64,000 nucleotides of DNA from Myxococcales bacterium (lineage in GTDB: Bacteria; Myxococcota_A; UBA9042; JABWCM01; BTVJ01), in assembly GCA_045863395.1 (NCBI GenBank), contig BTVJ01000002.1:224001-288000 (forward strand), in the 5' to 3' direction. The translations under genes and the position numbers were made by a program. Positions 60,517 to 64,000 of this stretch are shown here, one piece after another. The notes under the pieces are model-generated. The model was not told the DNA's origin. It was given only the letters and a program-made list of their open reading frames with translations, and searched no databases. Position 1 is the stretch's first letter, and each line of letters starts with the position of its first letter.

Positions 60517-63500
60517 ATGGAGCGGAGTCGGACTTGGGTTCACGGGTTGGTGGCCTTGCTGGCACTTCTGGGCTGCGAAGGACCGGGCGCGGAGGGGGGC
60601 GCGGACGCCGTGGTCGCGGAGGTCGCAGGCGGCGGGGACGGCGGCGCCGGTGACGTGGCGGACGCTGGAGCTGCTGGCGATGCTGGCGATGCTGGGAACA
60701 CTGCGGACGCTGGGGACGGGGTGCCGGACGCCGCGGGCGGAGACCCCTGCGACTCATGCCCCGCCGGGACGGCGTGCGCCGAGGGGCCGTCCGGGCGCAC
60801 GTGCGTCAAGGTCGCCGAGCTGTCGTGCGCGGAGTGCGACGACGACGCGGGGTGCGCCGCCGTCGGCGCAGTGTGCACGGACGAGGGGCGCTGCGCCCTC
60901 CCGTGCGGGGCTGGCTGCCCTGCGGGGCTCGTGTGCCGCCCGGTCGGCGACGGGGAGGCCTGCCTGCCACCGAGCCTGACATGCTCGTGCGTCACGGAGA
61001 ACGCGGGAGCGACCCGACCATGCCAGCGCACGACGGCCCACGGCACCTGTGAGGGCGTCGAGACGTGCAGCCCCGGCGCCGGGTGGGGCGGGTGCGACGC
61101 GCCGTCGGCACAGCCCGAGCAGTGCAACGGGCTCGACGACGACTGCGATGGTGCGACCGACGACGTGGCGTCGCGTCCCTGCGTGCGGGCTGCGGCCCTC
61201 GGCGCCTGCCCGGGCACGGAGACGTGCGCGGGTGGGCAGTGGAGCTGCGACGCGCCCGAGGCGTCCGTGGAGGTGTGCAACGGCAAGGACGACGACTGCG
61301 ATGGGGTGGTCGACGACGACTTCCCGCAGTTGGGGAAGCCCTGCGACGGCCCGGACGAGGACGCGTGCCCGCTCGGAGTGTGGGTGTGCGGTGCGACCGG
61401 CGTCGTGTGCATCGACGACGCCCCGCAAGAGGAGCTGTGCAACGGCAAGGACGACGACTGCGACGGGGAGACGGACGAGGGCTTTGGCGAGGTTGGGGCG
61501 CCCTGCGACGGCTTCGACGAGGACGCCTGCGCGAACGGGGTCTGGACCTGCCTTCCGACGGGGCTCGCTGCGGCATGCGTGGGCGACGCGCCGGTGGTCG
61601 AGGTGTGCAACGGAAAGGACGACGACTGTGACGGATCGGTGGACGAGGGCTTCGCGGACACGGACGGGGACGGCGTCGCGAACTGCGTAGACCCGGACGA
61701 CGACGGAGATGGGGACCCGGACGTGACGGACTGTGCGCCGGGGGATGCGGGGATTCACCACGGCGCCACGGAGCTGTGCGACGGCGGGGACCAGGACTGC
61801 GACGGGGTCGCGGACAACGGATACAAGGACACGGACGGGGACGGGGTGGCGGACTGCGTCGACGGTGACGACGACGGGGATGGCGTCCTCGACACGGACG
61901 ACAACTGCCCCCTCGTGAAGAACCCGAAGCAGGAGGACTGGGACCTGGACGGCATGGGGGACGCCTGCGACCCGGACGACGACAACGACGGCATCCTCGA
62001 CGCGGACGACACCTGCCCGTTCTTCCCGTCGCCCGACCAGACGGACACGGATGGGGATGGGTTCGGCGATGCCTGCGACCTCGACGACGACGGAGACGGC
62101 GTGCCCGACGTGGCAGACTGCGAGCCAACGAACGGGGCCATCTACCAAGGAGCGCCGGAGCTGTGCAACGGGATGGACGACGACTGCGACGGCGCGGTGG
62201 ACGAGGGCCACGCGGACGCGGACGGCGACGGAGTGGCGGACTGCATCGACGGGGACGCCGACGGCGATGGTGTCCCGAACGATGCCGATTGCGCGCCGCT
62301 GGACCCGACGCGGCACCACCTGGCCATGGAGCTGTGCAACGGAGTGGATGACGACTGCGACGAGGCGGTCGACGAGGGGTTTGCTGACGTGGACGGCGAT
62401 GGCGCAGCAGACTGCGTGGACCCGGACGCCGATGGCGATGGAGACCCGGACGAGAGCGACTGTGACCCCCTGGACCCGACGCTGCACCACAACGCCGGGG
62501 AGATCTGCGACGGTGTCGATCAGGACTGCGATGGCTCGGTGGACGAGGGCTTCGCAGACACCGACGGGGACGGGGTGGCGGACTGCATCGACGACGACGA
62601 CGACGGCGACGGGGTGCCCGACGTCTTCGACAACTGCCCGCTGGCAGCGAATCAGTGGCAGCAGGACCTGGATGGCGACGGGGTGGGGGACGCGTGCGAT
62701 TCGGACGTGGACGGGGACGGCGACCTGAATGGCTCGGACTGCGCGCCCGAGGTGGCGGCCATCTGGAGCGGCGCGGTGGAGAAGTGCAACGGGTGGGACG
62801 ACGACTGCGACGGCCTCGTGGACGAGGAGGGGGCCGCCGGCTGCGTGGATCGGGCCATCGACGCGGACTCGGATGGCTGGGGAGCGGGCGCCCCGAAGTG
62901 CCTGTGTGCTGCGGTTGGCCCCTACACGGCCACCAAGCTCGGTGACTGTGACGATGGCGCTGCGACCACCCACCCGGGTGCCCCAGAGGTGTGCAACGGC
63001 GTGGACGACGACTGCGACGGCGCCACGGATGAGCCGGGAGCCGTCGGCTGCAAGGCCCTCTGGACGGACGCGGACGGCGACGGCTGGGGTACGGGGGCCT
63101 CGCAGTGCCGGTGCGGTCCGGCGGGCCTCGTGAAGGCGACCAAGCCAGGAGACTGCAACGACCTGAACGCGAGCATCCACCCGCTGGCCCAGGAGACGTG
63201 CAACGGCGCGGACGACGACTGCGACGGCGCCGTGGACGAGGCCGGCGCGTCAGGGTGCGTCGCGCTCTTCGAGGACGGTGATGGCGATGGGTGGGGCAAG
63301 CCCGGCACCTCGCAGTGCCTGTGCAAGCCGACGGGAGTCCACAAGGTGGCCAAGGGCGGCGACTGCGACGACGGGAGCGCCGCGGTGAGCCCAGGCGCCG
63401 TCGAGGTCTGCAACGGCAAGGACGACGACTGTGACGGCGCCGTGGACGAGCCGGGTTCGAGTGGGTGCGCGACCCTGTACCGGGACAGGGACGGCGACGA

Positions 63501-64000
63501 GTGGGGCTCGGGCGCGCAGGTCAAGTGTCTGTGCGGTGCCATCGGAGACTACACCGCACTCAAGGGGGGCGACTGCAACGACCTGATTGCGGCGATCAAT
63601 CCCGCTGCGGCCGAGGCGTGCAATGGCGTGGACGACGACTGCGACGGTCTGGTGGACGAGCAGGGGGCCACGGGCTGCACGGTGTTCTTCACGGACGTGG
63701 ACCAGGACGGGTGGGGCCTCGATGGGTCGGGCAAGTGCCTGTGCTCCCCGTCGGGCAAGTCGACGGCGACGATGGCGGGAGACTGCAACGACACGGTGCC
63801 GAGCATCCACCCCGGAGGCACCGAGGTGTGCAACCTGGCCGACGACGACTGCGACGGCCAGATCGACGAGGAGGCGGCGAGCGAGTGCGCGCCCTTCTAC
63901 CGTGACGTGGACGAGGACGGCTGGGGCCAGAGCGGGGACAGCAAGTGCCTGTGCGGCGGAGATGGACAGTACACCGCGCTGGCGGCCGGTGACTGCAACG
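60517..64000 (+). CDS. Giant Cys/Asp-rich lipoprotein with MopE-like and TSP3-like repeats; runs off the window end
   Basis: Missing from the ORF track because it has no stop in the window; MERSRTWVHGLVALLALLG-C, then repeated ExCNGxDDDCDGxxDE and DxDGDGxxD/DNCP units in one frame to base 64000. Confidence 0.88.
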   Translation, partial: MERSRTWVHGLVALLALLGCEGPGAEGGADAVVAEVAGGGDGGAGDVADAGAAGDAGDAGNTADAGDGVPDAAGGDPCDSCPAGTACAEGPSGRTCVKVAELSCAECDDDAGCAAVGAVCTDEGRCALPCGAGCPAGLVCRPVGDGEACLPPSLTCSCVTENAGATRPCQRTTAHGTCEGVETCSPGAGWGGCDAPSAQPEQCNGLDDDCDGATDDVASRPCVRAAALGACPGTETCAGGQWSCDAPEASVEVCNGKDDDCDGVVDDDFPQLGKPCDGPDEDACPLGVWVCGATGVVCIDDAPQEELCNGKDDDCDGETDEGFGEVGAPCDGFDEDACANGVWTCLPTGLAAACVGDAPVVEVCNGKDDDCDGSVDEGFADTDGDGVANCVDPDDDGDGDPDVTDCAPGDAGIHHGATELCDGGDQDCDGVADNGYKDTDGDGVADCVDGDDDGDGVLDTDDNCPLVKNPKQEDWDLDGMGDACDPDDDNDGILDADDTCPFFPSPDQTDTDGDGFGDACDLDDDGDGVPDVADCEPTNGAIYQGAPELCNGMDDDCDGAVDEGHADADGDGVADCIDGDADGDGVPNDADCAPLDPTRHHLAMELCNGVDDDCDEAVDEGFADVDGDGAADCVDPDADGDGDPDESDCDPLDPTLHHNAGEICDGVDQDCDGSVDEGFADTDGDGVADCIDDDDDGDGVPDVFDNCPLAANQWQQDLDGDGVGDACDSDVDGDGDLNGSDCAPEVAAIWSGAVEKCNGWDDDCDGLVDEEGAAGCVDRAIDADSDGWGAGAPKCLCAAVGPYTATKLGDCDDGAATTHPGAPEVCNGVDDDCDGATDEPGAVGCKALWTDADGDGWGTGASQCRCGPAGLVKATKPGDCNDLNASIHPLAQETCNGADDDCDGAVDEAGASGCVALFEDGDGDGWGKPGTSQCLCKPTGVHKVAKGGDCDDGSAAVSPGAVEVCNGKDDDCDGAVDEPGSSGCATLYRDRDGDEWGSGAQVKCLCGAIGDYTALKGGDCNDLIAAINPAAAEACNGVDDDCDGLVDEQGATGCTVFFTDVDQDGWGLDGSGKCLCSPSGKSTATMAGDCNDTVPSIHPGGTEVCNLADDDCDGQIDEEAASECAPFYRDVDEDGWGQSGDSKCLCGGDGQYTALAAGDCN

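Overview
High-GC window, probably from a Myxococcota-like bacterium (inferred from the Cys/Asp-rich MopE/TSP3-repeat lipoproteins, FAAL/PKS genes and EF-G context). Bases 1 to about 23,960 are the right-hand part of a tailed prophage, almost all on the + strand. In order it carries a replication/primase C-terminus with a 46-bp inverted repeat, a proteasome-beta/HslV-like Thr protease, terminase, portal, scaffold, major capsid, neck genes, tail tube, a chaperone pair with a candidate +1 frameshift, tape measure, tail tip genes, a signal-peptide-bearing fibre-like protein and lysis genes. It ends at the 3' part of a tRNA-Ala(CGC), the likely att site, followed by a terminator. The rest is host chromosome: a PAS kinase/response regulator pair; a cassette of two P460-type cytochromes, two NHL-repeat lipoproteins and a beta-propeller lipoprotein; a Cys-rich dockerin-like protein; fusA with a small P-loop ATPase; a VWA lipoprotein; a PTS EIIA-like protein; an SDR + FAAL + PKS(KS-AT-ACP-KR-DH-AONS) cluster that may make a sphingoid-like lipid; Rrf2, rhodanese and DMT genes; mtnD-mtnW(RLP)-mtnB; a Zn metallopeptidase; and two large MopE-repeat lipoproteins. 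All assignments come from reading motifs and synteny by eye; no database searches were run.
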